Sequence record: SRR22947725_317
Direction: 5' to 3' (one strand)
DNA: 40,350 nucleotides
Shown piece after piece: positions 9,243 to 17,591 of the stretch. Position 1 is the first letter of the stretch, and every line of letters starts with the position of its first letter. The position numbers and the translations under genes were made by a program. The notes below the pieces were generated by a model. It was not told where the DNA came from. It did no database searches and saw only the letters and a program-made list of their open reading frames with translations.

Positions 9243-10556
9243 ATGGATTGGTCGCAGTTCAATCGTCAGGTGCCGCAGTGGTACGTTGACGCCAAATTTG
9301 GAATCTTTATCCACTGGGGCGCCTACTCTGTCCCTGCTTGGGCACCTCCGACTGGCGAGCTCGGTGCAGTTGAAGAAGAGGTCTGGTTCAAAAACAATCC
9401 CTATGCGGAGTGGTACTACAACACCGTGAGGATCGAAGGGAGCCCAACCTGGCAGCACCATCAGGATGTTTACGGCGGGGCCCCATATGACGACTTCCTA
9501 GACATGTGGAGGGCAGAGAAATTTAATCCGAACGAATGGTTGGATCTTTTTTCCCGCGCCGGAGCGAAATACGTTGTCCCAACCACAAAACACCACGATG
9601 GAATAACACTTTGGGACGCGCCAGGCACCGGAACGCGAAACACGGTGCACCGTGGTCCGAAGCGAGACCTGATTGATGACTTGGCGAAAGCAACCAGGGC
9701 CAAAGGTTTGCACTTTGGCGTTTACTACTCTGGTGGACTTGACTGGAGTGTCTCCAATCTGCCTGCACTGACCACCCACCACGAGGTACACAATGTTCGG
9801 CCCCAGGACGCCGCTTACTCTATGTATGCGTACGAGCACTGCATAGATCTGATTCATAAGTACAAGCCCGAGGTGCTTTGGAATGACATTGAGTGGCCAG
9901 ATTTCTCAAAGCATGGTGGCCCAGAAGTGGACTTCTCCCTTGCCGCACTATTCAAGAACTACTACGAGGCCGTTCCCACCGGCGTGGTAGATGATCGTTG
10001 GGGCGATACTCACCGAGACTTCATAACGAGTGAATACCAAATGAACATCGACTCAGAGGGCCAGGGGCTCTTCGAAAACTGTCGTGGAATCGGATTCAGT
10101 TTTGGCTATAACCAGGTTGAAACCGAAGAGCACTACATGAGTGTCGGCCAACTGGTCTCCCACCTTTGCGACATCGTCTCGAGAGGTGGCAACTTCCTGC
10201 TAAATGTTGGTCCCACAGCAAGCGGAGAGATCCCTGCAATTCAGCGAGCAATCCTTGAGGGCACCGCAGATTGGATGGCCGTCAATGGGGACGCCATCCA
10301 TGGCACTCGTGCAGTTCGAGAGTTGAGTGCGAGTGATTCCCCCTGGGTTCGCTTCACCGGTAAAGATGATGTCATCTTCGCGCTGGTGAAGGGAACTGGT
10401 GAAATCAGCTTTGAACTGCCAAGCCACTTGGTTCGCGACGAGGCTCGTCAACTCGGTGGCAGCAGCGTGGAGGTTCGGCGCGAAGGCTCCAGGGTGAGAG
10501 TCAGCGTGGCTGGCAATGAGGAGACTCCCACGGTAATTGAGTTCAGTCGCTCCTAG
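9243..10556 (+). CDS. GH29 alpha-L-fucosidase
   Basis: KFGIFIHWG, NPYAEWY, KHHDG, WND, DRW, SEY; strong SD AGGAGG. Confidence 0.93.
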   Translation: MDWSQFNRQVPQWYVDAKFGIFIHWGAYSVPAWAPPTGELGAVEEEVWFKNNPYAEWYYNTVRIEGSPTWQHHQDVYGGAPYDDFLDMWRAEKFNPNEWLDLFSRAGAKYVVPTTKHHDGITLWDAPGTGTRNTVHRGPKRDLIDDLAKATRAKGLHFGVYYSGGLDWSVSNLPALTTHHEVHNVRPQDAAYSMYAYEHCIDLIHKYKPEVLWNDIEWPDFSKHGGPEVDFSLAALFKNYYEAVPTGVVDDRWGDTHRDFITSEYQMNIDSEGQGLFENCRGIGFSFGYNQVETEEHYMSVGQLVSHLCDIVSRGGNFLLNVGPTASGEIPAIQRAILEGTADWMAVNGDAIHGTRAVRELSASDSPWVRFTGKDDVIFALVKGTGEISFELPSHLVRDEARQLGGSSVEVRREGSRVRVSVAGNEETPTVIEFSRS

Positions 10557-10564
10557 GAGGGCAC

Positions 10565-10987
10565 ATGGCTTCAAACGCAGAGCTCAGAGCAATAGCGACG
10601 GAGTTTTTCGAGCAGATCTGGAATCAGGGAGATGAGTCGGCGATCGAGCGTTTCATAGCGGAAGATGCCGGTGGTAACGATCCCCAGTTCGGTGTCGGTC
10701 GAGAGAGCTTTCGCGCTCAGTGGAAAAACTGGCGGCAGGCCTTTCCGGATATACACTTCGAAATCAAGGAGCTGGTTGCGGACAGTGAGGCCGAGACAGT
10801 CGTGACTCGCTGGGTGCTCACCGGAACACACGTGGGAGAGTTCTGGGGTGCCGAGGCCAGTGGAAATCGCGTGGAGGTTGATGGAGTTTCGATTGATCGA
10901 ATTGCGAACGGCATGGTCGTCTCAGGTTTCGACGCTTGGGACTCAATAGTTTTACGTCGCCAAATTGGATTACTACCCCCCGAATAG
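10565..10987 (+). CDS. SnoaL-like/NTF2-fold ester cyclase family protein
   Basis: AFPD.HF.I, RW.LTGTH.GEF.G..ASG..V.V.G, RQIG pattern; SD AGGAGG. Confidence 0.85.
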   Translation: MASNAELRAIATEFFEQIWNQGDESAIERFIAEDAGGNDPQFGVGRESFRAQWKNWRQAFPDIHFEIKELVADSEAETVVTRWVLTGTHVGEFWGAEASGNRVEVDGVSIDRIANGMVVSGFDAWDSIVLRRQIGLLPPE

Positions 10988-10994
10988 AGGAAGC

Positions 10995-12332
10995 ATGGAC
11001 TGGAAGAGTTTTGAACGCCCGACCCCCGAATGGTACCTGGATGCAAAATTCGGCATATTCATCCACTGGGGAGCGTATTCAGTGCCGGCATGGGCTGAAC
11101 CAATTGGTGAACTTGGCACAATTGAGGGCGACACTTGGTTCGCCCACAATCCATATGCAGAGTGGTACTTCAACACGATACGCATTGAGGGCAGTCCGGC
11201 CTGGCAGCATCACCAGGAGGTTTTCGATGGCGCTCCCTACGATGATTTTCTCGACTCCTGGAGAGCAGAAAAGTTTGATGCCGATGTTTGGGCCGATCTC
11301 TTTGAGAGGGTGGGCGCAAAGTATGTGATTCCAGTGACCAAGCATCACGATGGGATCGCTCTTTGGGATGCTCCCGGAACTGGCACCAGAAACACCGTTC
11401 ACCGTGGGCCAAAGCGGGACCTCATCGGCGAGATTGCCAGGGCAGTAAGAAAGAGGAATCTAAAGTTCGGAACGTACTACTCGGGTGGGCTTGACTGGAG
11501 TGTGACCAACCTTCCACCCCACAGTGAATTTGCCTCGGGTGGCGGTGATCGACCAAACGACGCTGCCTACTCGATGTACGCCTACGAGCACTGCATGGAC
11601 CTGATTGATCGATATAAGCCCGACATTCTTTGGGACGACATCAACTGGCCAGATTTCTCAAAATCCGCAGGCCCAGAGGTGAGCCACACCCTTGCCTCCC
11701 TGTTTTCTAATTACTATCGAGCGGTTCCCCAGGGCTTAGTCAACGATCGTTGGGGCGTTCCCCATCATGACTTCATTACAAGCGAGTATCAAATGAATGT
11801 CGAGCACGAAAGCAGCGGGTTGTTCGAAAACAACCGCGGCCTTGGATACAGTTTCGGCTATAACCAGGTGGAAGTTGAAGAACACCACATGAGCGTCGAG
11901 CAGGTGGTGAGTCACCTCTCAGATGTTGTTTCGCGAGATGGTAATTTCCTACTGAACGTCGGGCCACTGGCCAGTGGTGAGCTTCCACAGATTCAGTTGC
12001 AAATCCTGGAAGGCGTCGCCAAATGGATGTCGGTGAACGCAGATGCCATCCACGGGACTCGCGCTTTGAAACAGCTTTCTCCAGTCGGTTCCAAGAATCG
12101 CGGAGAGTTGCCATGGGTCCGATTTACCGGAAAGGATGAGCGCATCTTCGCCATACTGAAGGGCGCTACCTCAGTTGAGTTTGCGCTCCCCCAAGGCACT
12201 GTGCGCGATGACAGCGCAAGGGTTCTCGGTTCTGGTCAAGCGGTGCTTAGCAGAAAAGGTGACTTGGTATCTATTGAGCTGCCAAAGGAAGCCGAAAACC
12301 TGCCTATTGTCGTTGAGTTTCAGCGTCTTTAG
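10995..12332 (+). CDS. GH29 alpha-L-fucosidase, close paralogue of 9243-10556
   Basis: Same motifs. Start moved to ATG 10995 (MDWKSF matches the paralogue's MDWSQF; SD GAGG). Confidence 0.93.
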   Translation: MDWKSFERPTPEWYLDAKFGIFIHWGAYSVPAWAEPIGELGTIEGDTWFAHNPYAEWYFNTIRIEGSPAWQHHQEVFDGAPYDDFLDSWRAEKFDADVWADLFERVGAKYVIPVTKHHDGIALWDAPGTGTRNTVHRGPKRDLIGEIARAVRKRNLKFGTYYSGGLDWSVTNLPPHSEFASGGGDRPNDAAYSMYAYEHCMDLIDRYKPDILWDDINWPDFSKSAGPEVSHTLASLFSNYYRAVPQGLVNDRWGVPHHDFITSEYQMNVEHESSGLFENNRGLGYSFGYNQVEVEEHHMSVEQVVSHLSDVVSRDGNFLLNVGPLASGELPQIQLQILEGVAKWMSVNADAIHGTRALKQLSPVGSKNRGELPWVRFTGKDERIFAILKGATSVEFALPQGTVRDDSARVLGSGQAVLSRKGDLVSIELPKEAENLPIVVEFQRL

Positions 12333-12344
12333 GCCTGTCGGGCA

Positions 12345-13343
12345 CTAGTCGATGAAGGCAGCTACCGATTCTGCTCTCACTATTTTTTGATCGCGCAAAT
12401 CCACCCACATAGCTCTTGGTATCTCCGCACTGATCAAATCAGCATTGCGCTCAACTTGCTCCTTGCTTCTTGCTCCCAGGCAAATATTGGACACTGAGCT
12501 GTGCCCCAGCGGAAACCGCGCGGCGGCAGCGGGCAAGGAAACTCCGTGTGACTCGCAGATTTCGGCAATCTCATTGACCCGAGCAATCAACTCTTGAGGG
12601 GCCGGTGCGTAGTTGTAGGTCGCATCTGAAGAGGGTCGATCCTTAGAAAGCAGTCCTGAGTTAAATACGCCCGCCGCAACGATGCTCACGTTGTGCTCAT
12701 GAGCTAAGGGCATCAAATTGTCGAGTGAGTCTTGCTCGATCAGAGTGTATCGACCGGCCAACATAATGACATCGAGATCGGTGCGCTTGACAAACTCGGC
12801 AAGCATTTCGGATTGATTCATTCCTGAGCCAAAGCTTTTGATGACACCCTCGTCACGAAGCTTTGACAGGGTGGGGAATGCACCTTCCAAAGCTTGTTCA
12901 AAATGATCGTCAGGATCGTGGACGTACACAATATCGAGGTAGTCGGTGTCGAGTCTTCGCAGCGAATCCTCGATAGATCTCTTTACTCCATCACCTGAAT
13001 AGTCGTAGACGCGAACAAAGTCTTTTGGAACCATGAAACCATCGGCCAGGTCATTTTGCCCGGGAAAATCATTGGTTGGAGCCAGCACTCGCCCTACCTT
13101 CGAAGACAGAAAGTATTCAGTCCTTGGGTGCTTTGAAAGAGCCTTTCCCACTCTCCTCTCAGCCAAGCCAAGTCCGTAGTGAGGAGCTGTGTCAAAGTAA
13201 CGAATTCCCCTGTCCCAGGCGGCATCGATGGCAAGGAGCGCATCCTCTTCATCAACTTCGCGGAACAGATTGCCTATCGGTGCCGACCCAAATGACAAAA
13301 TAGGCGCCTCTATGCCACCCCTTCCAATAGCTTTGGTTTGCAT
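12345..13343 (-). CDS. Aldo/keto reductase, probable L-fucose (D-threo-aldose) 1-dehydrogenase
   Basis: FDTAPHYGLGLAE, SKVGR, VHDPD, LAGRYTL; TAATG coupling to the fuconate dehydratase. Confidence 0.82.
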   Translation of the reverse strand: MQTKAIGRGGIEAPILSFGSAPIGNLFREVDEEDALLAIDAAWDRGIRYFDTAPHYGLGLAERRVGKALSKHPRTEYFLSSKVGRVLAPTNDFPGQNDLADGFMVPKDFVRVYDYSGDGVKRSIEDSLRRLDTDYLDIVYVHDPDDHFEQALEGAFPTLSKLRDEGVIKSFGSGMNQSEMLAEFVKRTDLDVIMLAGRYTLIEQDSLDNLMPLAHEHNVSIVAAGVFNSGLLSKDRPSSDATYNYAPAPQELIARVNEIAEICESHGVSLPAAAARFPLGHSSVSNICLGARSKEQVERNADLISAEIPRAMWVDLRDQKIVRAESVAAFID

Positions 13344-14641
13344 TAGCTTCTCCATTCGGTGCCGTTAGGAAATTCAAAATCAAGTCTGGAGCGCAGCAGC
13401 ATCTCTTGGCTCGAGCCAGGTTTGCTCGGGGTCTGGTAGCGCCCGTTTCGCATGACGACGGGCGAGGCGAAGTGCTCGTGAAGATGATCGACGTACTCAA
13501 TCATTCGTCCCTCCATCGTTCCCGATAGAGCCACGTAGTCAAACATAGAAAGATGCTGAACAGCCTCGCAGAGCCCGACTCCCCCAGCGTGAGGGCAAAC
13601 TGGAAGACCCATCTTGCGGGCCATCAGCAGAATTGCGATGTTCTCATTTACCCCGGCAACGCGAGCAGCGTCGATCTGAACTACCTGGACTCCTCCGAGC
13701 TGCATGAGCTGTTTGAAAGTCACTCGGCTAGCGGCATGCTCGCCGGTGGCAACCCGTATTGGTGCCACTGCTTTTGCGATGGTGGCGTGTCCCACCACAT
13801 CATCCGGGCTAGTTGGCTCCTCAATCCAAGCTGGGTCGAATTCCCGCAATTGATTTACCCATTCGATAGCCTGAGGCACGTCCCAGCGTTGATTTGCGTC
13901 GATCGCGATGGGGTAATTCGGACCCATTACTTCGCGCGCGATTCTGAAGCGCCGTTTGTCATCTTCCAGGTCCGCACCAACTTTGAGCTTGATCTGCCCG
14001 AAGCCGTCTGCCAGTGCCTGCTTACAAAGTCTGGTCAGCTTGGCATCGTCGTAACCGAGCCAACCGGGGCTTGTCGTGTATCCGGGATATCCCTCTGCAA
14101 CCAAGTGCTCAATGCGACTTTCACGACCGCTGAGTTGAGAGCTAAAAAGCTCAACTGCCTCCTCCCGCGTAATCACATCAGAGATGTAGCGATAGTCCAC
14201 AAGATCTGCCAGCTGCTCTGGAGTCATTCGAGCAAGAAGCAGCCAGAGTGGCACTCCGGCGCGCTTGGCCTTTAAGTCCCAAAGAGCGTTTACGACAGCG
14301 CCAATTGCCATATGCATAACGCCTTTTTCGGGCCCTAGCCAGCGAAATTGAGAGTCGTGAACCAGGCGCTTCCAGGTGGTTCCCATATCGTAAAGAACAC
14401 TCTCGACATTCTCACCGACGAGCATCGACTCCAATGCCTGTATTGCGGCGACTTGGATATCATTTCCTCGACCTATGGTGAACACAAAGCCATGGCCTGT
14501 AAGGCCATCTCTGGCATCTGTCACGATCTCAAGATAGGCAGCTGAGTAATCTGGATCGGTGTTCATCGCATCCGAACCGTCAAGGCTCTTTGACGTTGGA
14601 AACCTGATGTCTTGTGTGCGAAATTCTAGGATCGTGCTCAT
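13343..14641 (-). CDS. fucD: L-fuconate dehydratase (enolase superfamily)
   Basis: DIRFPTS..LDGSDAMN.DPDYSAAY, RWLGPEKGV, KLKVG, DANQ, EEPTSPDD, ATGEH, CPHAGGVGLCE, EYVDHLHEHF. Confidence 0.92.
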   Translation of the reverse strand: MSTILEFRTQDIRFPTSKSLDGSDAMNTDPDYSAAYLEIVTDARDGLTGHGFVFTIGRGNDIQVAAIQALESMLVGENVESVLYDMGTTWKRLVHDSQFRWLGPEKGVMHMAIGAVVNALWDLKAKRAGVPLWLLLARMTPEQLADLVDYRYISDVITREEAVELFSSQLSGRESRIEHLVAEGYPGYTTSPGWLGYDDAKLTRLCKQALADGFGQIKLKVGADLEDDKRRFRIAREVMGPNYPIAIDANQRWDVPQAIEWVNQLREFDPAWIEEPTSPDDVVGHATIAKAVAPIRVATGEHAASRVTFKQLMQLGGVQVVQIDAARVAGVNENIAILLMARKMGLPVCPHAGGVGLCEAVQHLSMFDYVALSGTMEGRMIEYVDHLHEHFASPVVMRNGRYQTPSKPGSSQEMLLRSRLDFEFPNGTEWRS

Positions 14642-14661
14642 ATTTTGACCTTCTTAGCGAG

Positions 14662-14985
14662 CTAGTCGGTGTGAAAAACTTCTTGGATCTGTTGCCACCA
14701 CTCACCCTCAGCACGCCCGGGAAGCCCATACTGCAGGGGGTCGGTCAGTTTCCACCACTCCTGGGTGTTTTGATCAGCAGCGATTGCCGCCATGTCGGAG
14801 CTGTAATCTGAGCCGACATACTCAAAATAGGAAAACAGCAGATTTTCAAAGCGATAAATTGAGTAATTCCTGATGTTGCTTTCACTGATGCGAGCAAGAA
14901 CTGAGGGCCAAACTTCTCTATGAAGCCTTTCGTACTCAGCGATGTTCTCGTCCGCTATACCGATTACCGAGGCCACTCGCTTCAT
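14662..14985 (-). CDS. RhaM-family mutarotase, L-fucose mutarotase by context
   Basis: EY.R.H..VWP, NYSIY, LFSYFEY, WW..T pattern; first gene of the fucD operon. Confidence 0.85.
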   Translation of the reverse strand: MKRVASVIGIADENIAEYERLHREVWPSVLARISESNIRNYSIYRFENLLFSYFEYVGSDYSSDMAAIAADQNTQEWWKLTDPLQYGLPGRAEGEWWQQIQEVFHTD

Positions 14986-15008
14986 TGCAACTCCATCCCA
15001 ATTTGATA

Positions 15009-15020
15009 ATCCTATAGGGT
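15009..15020. promoter_or_regulatory. ATCCTATAGGGT, putative fucose-regulon operator
   Basis: One mismatch to the 759-770 palindrome; 23 nt upstream of the mutarotase ATG. Confidence 0.65.
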
Positions 15021-15320
15021 TTTACTCTACTCAATTTCTCGACGCACGCTGCCGTGGCGGGCTCAAACTTCGCGGTGGCCGAAGGGGATTGCCACCCCGG
15101 TTGTAACTTTCTCTTGGGTTTAGCGATCAGACTTTGGCTTAGATCCGGACCTAGGTTTTCGCATGCCGCTCTAATTAGATAATCAGACAGGAATCGAGAA
15201 GAGTCGCTTCACGGTCGCAAGGGCATTCAAGAGAATGGAGGAGTGGTCCTCGATCTTGCGCTTGGTCAGGCTAGGTTCCCTAAAACTGATGCTTGCCAAA
15301 AAGTTCCTTTTGACAAGTCC

Positions 15321-16370
15321 TTATGCATGAACAGGCTCGGCCTTGGAGAGAAGTTCTCTAGCAATTGGAACAACCTTGGTGGCATAGAGCTCGATTGACT
15401 TCATCAGCTTCGAGTGAGGCATTGGACCGTTCGCATACTTGAAATCAAACCTTGAGGCACCCAGTGCAGTAACCGCGTAGGCGATCTTTCTGGCCACCGT
15501 CTCAGGCGACCCAACATAGAGCGAGCCGCCATTAACCTCGGAAATGAAGTGCATCTTGGTTGTTGGTCCCCAACCCCGCTCTCGGCCAATGCGACCAAAA
15601 GCTGTTTCGTAATGCGGCCACTGCTCTTCAATGGCCTGCTCATCAGTCTCTGCGATGTGACCAGGGGAGTGAATGGAAATCGGCAGTTGCTCTTTGCCAA
15701 GTTTTGCGAGCGACTCCCTATATAGGTTTGCAAAGGGAGCAAACCTCGCGGGGTCGCCGCCGATGATTGCAAGTGCCATTGGTATTCCCAAACGGGCGGC
15801 CCTCAGAACTGACTCTGGGGATCCCCCGACTCCGACCCGAAGCGGGATGGCACCTCGCTCAGTCTTTGGGTAGACCTCTTGATTTGATAGCCCAGCGCGC
15901 TTTGTGCCCTGCCAGGTGACGGCGTTCTCTTTGAGAAGCTCCACGAGTAGCTCCAGCTTCTCTTCGAACAGCACGTGATAGTCGCTGAGGTTGTAGCCAA
16001 AGAGCGGAAACGATTCAGTAAACGATCCGCGACCTGCCGTTATCTCAGCTCTTCCATTTGAGAGAGCGTCAATGGTTGCGAAGCGCTGGTAAACCCTGAC
16101 GGGATCTTCCGAGGACAAGACTGTGACGCCAGTACCGATCTTGATTCGGTCAGTGACTGTGGCTATGCCGGCCAGCACGGTGTCGGGAGCGCTCACCGCA
16201 TAATCATCACGGTGGTGCTCACCAATGTTGAAACTGTCAAAACCCAGCTGCTCAGCATGGACGGCCTCTGCGACCACGTCCCTAATTACCTGACCCGCGC
16301 TCTTTAGCTTCCCCGAGTCGTCCAGAGAAATGTCGCCAAAGGTGTCTAGCCCAAAATGAATATCAGTCAT
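15321..16370 (-). CDS. LLM-class flavin-dependent oxidoreductase (luciferase-like)
   Basis: GEHHR.D, VLSSEDPVRVYQRFATIDALSNGRAE, GRGSF.ESFPLFG; -10 TAGACT 6 nt before the ATG (leaderless). Confidence 0.9.
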   Translation of the reverse strand: MTDIHFGLDTFGDISLDDSGKLKSAGQVIRDVVAEAVHAEQLGFDSFNIGEHHRDDYAVSAPDTVLAGIATVTDRIKIGTGVTVLSSEDPVRVYQRFATIDALSNGRAEITAGRGSFTESFPLFGYNLSDYHVLFEEKLELLVELLKENAVTWQGTKRAGLSNQEVYPKTERGAIPLRVGVGGSPESVLRAARLGIPMALAIIGGDPARFAPFANLYRESLAKLGKEQLPISIHSPGHIAETDEQAIEEQWPHYETAFGRIGRERGWGPTTKMHFISEVNGGSLYVGSPETVARKIAYAVTALGASRFDFKYANGPMPHSKLMKSIELYATKVVPIARELLSKAEPVHA

Positions 16371-16405
16371 AGAACTAGTCTAGGGGGTCTAGACAAAAAA
16401 ACAAG

Positions 16406-16534
16406 CTACGTGGTCGCGTCGACAACCCAATCAAGCTCCAGGTTCAAAATTTTCTTGTCGGCGGTTATTAAACCAAGCCCATTTGCCCTTGCCACCGCCA
16501 TGATTTGGCGGTCCATCGGATTGCCAATAGCGAC
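16406..16534 (-). pseudogene. C-terminal fragment of a PIN-domain (VapC-like) toxin
   Basis: Manual translation VAIGNPMDRQIMAVARANGLGLITADKKILNLELDWVVDATT* fits the PIN consensus DPFDRxIxAxAxxxGLxLxTxD; in-frame TGA immediately upstream. Confidence 0.6.
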
Positions 16535-16748
16535 TCAAGCGAAGCGCTAGCGGCATCCTTGCTCGAGGAGATAGGCCCCTGCTCTGGCGCGAACAAAGGA
16601 GTAATGGTGGCCATTTTTTCCCTCACATTTTTGCTGACATTTGTGCAGCTAGGTGAAATTATGGCAATTCACAGTGGTGATTAGAGCCCTGTTGACTTGC
16701 ACATTCGTGCAAAAGGTGCGCAATCGCTCTAGGGCTTAGGCTGATTGG

Positions 16749-17591
16749 GTGCTCTGGCGACTAATTCAAATTTCTAGACCCGTTCTATGGGTCAACACCA
16801 TTGGAACCACCGTCATGGGCATGTGGCTTTCGGGCTACATCTGGAACTGGGAAATACTCCCAATCCTCATCTGGGTGACCTTCCCCTTCAACCTGCTCAT
16901 CTATGGCATCAACGACATCTTTGACCAAGAGACAGACAACATCAATGCCCGGAAGGGCTCCTACGAGGGTGCGCACATCTACCCAAACGAAGTCAGGCCG
17001 ATCTGGGTTGGTGTCATTGTTACCAATGTTCCATTCCTGGTCTACTTCGCGCTAACGCTTCCCTGGCAGGCGGTTGCTTGGATGCTCGCTTACAGCCTCT
17101 TCTTCACCTTCTACTCAGCGCCTCCTTTGAGGTTTAAGGCAAGGCCATATCTCGACAGCTTCTCAAACACCGACTACGCATTTCCGCTGGCATTTGTTCC
17201 GCTGGCTCTGGGTCACGAACCGCTGTGGCTAGGAGTCATTGGGCTGATGGCATGGTCAATTGCCAAGCATGCCTATGATGCAATCCAGGACATTCCCCAA
17301 GACAGTGACACCGGCATCACCACCACCGCAGTTCATCTAGGTGTGCGGGGGACGCTTGTTTGGTCTGGAGTCTGGTGGCTGGTTTCAACAATCTTCTTTG
17401 GCCTTGTGAATCTGCCGTTGGCTGCTGCAAATGCCCTGATCGCCGGCTACCTCGTCCTCTCCGTATGGAGAAAGCCAACTCCTGAGCAAGCCCATGACGT
17501 CTACAAATACTCAATAGCCTTCCCCTACGTCGCTGGTGCTGTGGCGGGTGTCCAGCTGGTGGTTGGGATCACCTTCGGGATGTATCCATAA
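16749..17591 (+). CDS. UbiA-family prenyltransferase, lycopene elongase (CrtEb/LyeJ)-like
   Basis: ISRP..W.NT, YGINDIFDQETD..N.RK, YSAPPLRFK.RP.LDS, DAIQDI..D; -10 TAGGCT 6 nt before the GTG. Confidence 0.8.
   Translation: MLWRLIQISRPVLWVNTIGTTVMGMWLSGYIWNWEILPILIWVTFPFNLLIYGINDIFDQETDNINARKGSYEGAHIYPNEVRPIWVGVIVTNVPFLVYFALTLPWQAVAWMLAYSLFFTFYSAPPLRFKARPYLDSFSNTDYAFPLAFVPLALGHEPLWLGVIGLMAWSIAKHAYDAIQDIPQDSDTGITTTAVHLGVRGTLVWSGVWWLVSTIFFGLVNLPLAAANALIAGYLVLSVWRKPTPEQAHDVYKYSIAFPYVAGAVAGVQLVVGITFGMYP

Noticed and set aside
13553-14275. 240-aa antisense ORF, and many other 60-190 aa ORFs in the track
   Set aside because: Shadow frames of well-supported genes, with no recognisable motifs.
15021-15320. 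300-bp non-coding gap, possible sRNA, riboswitch or gene relic
   Set aside because: No RNA motif or protein similarity that I could recognise; probably a junction remnant.
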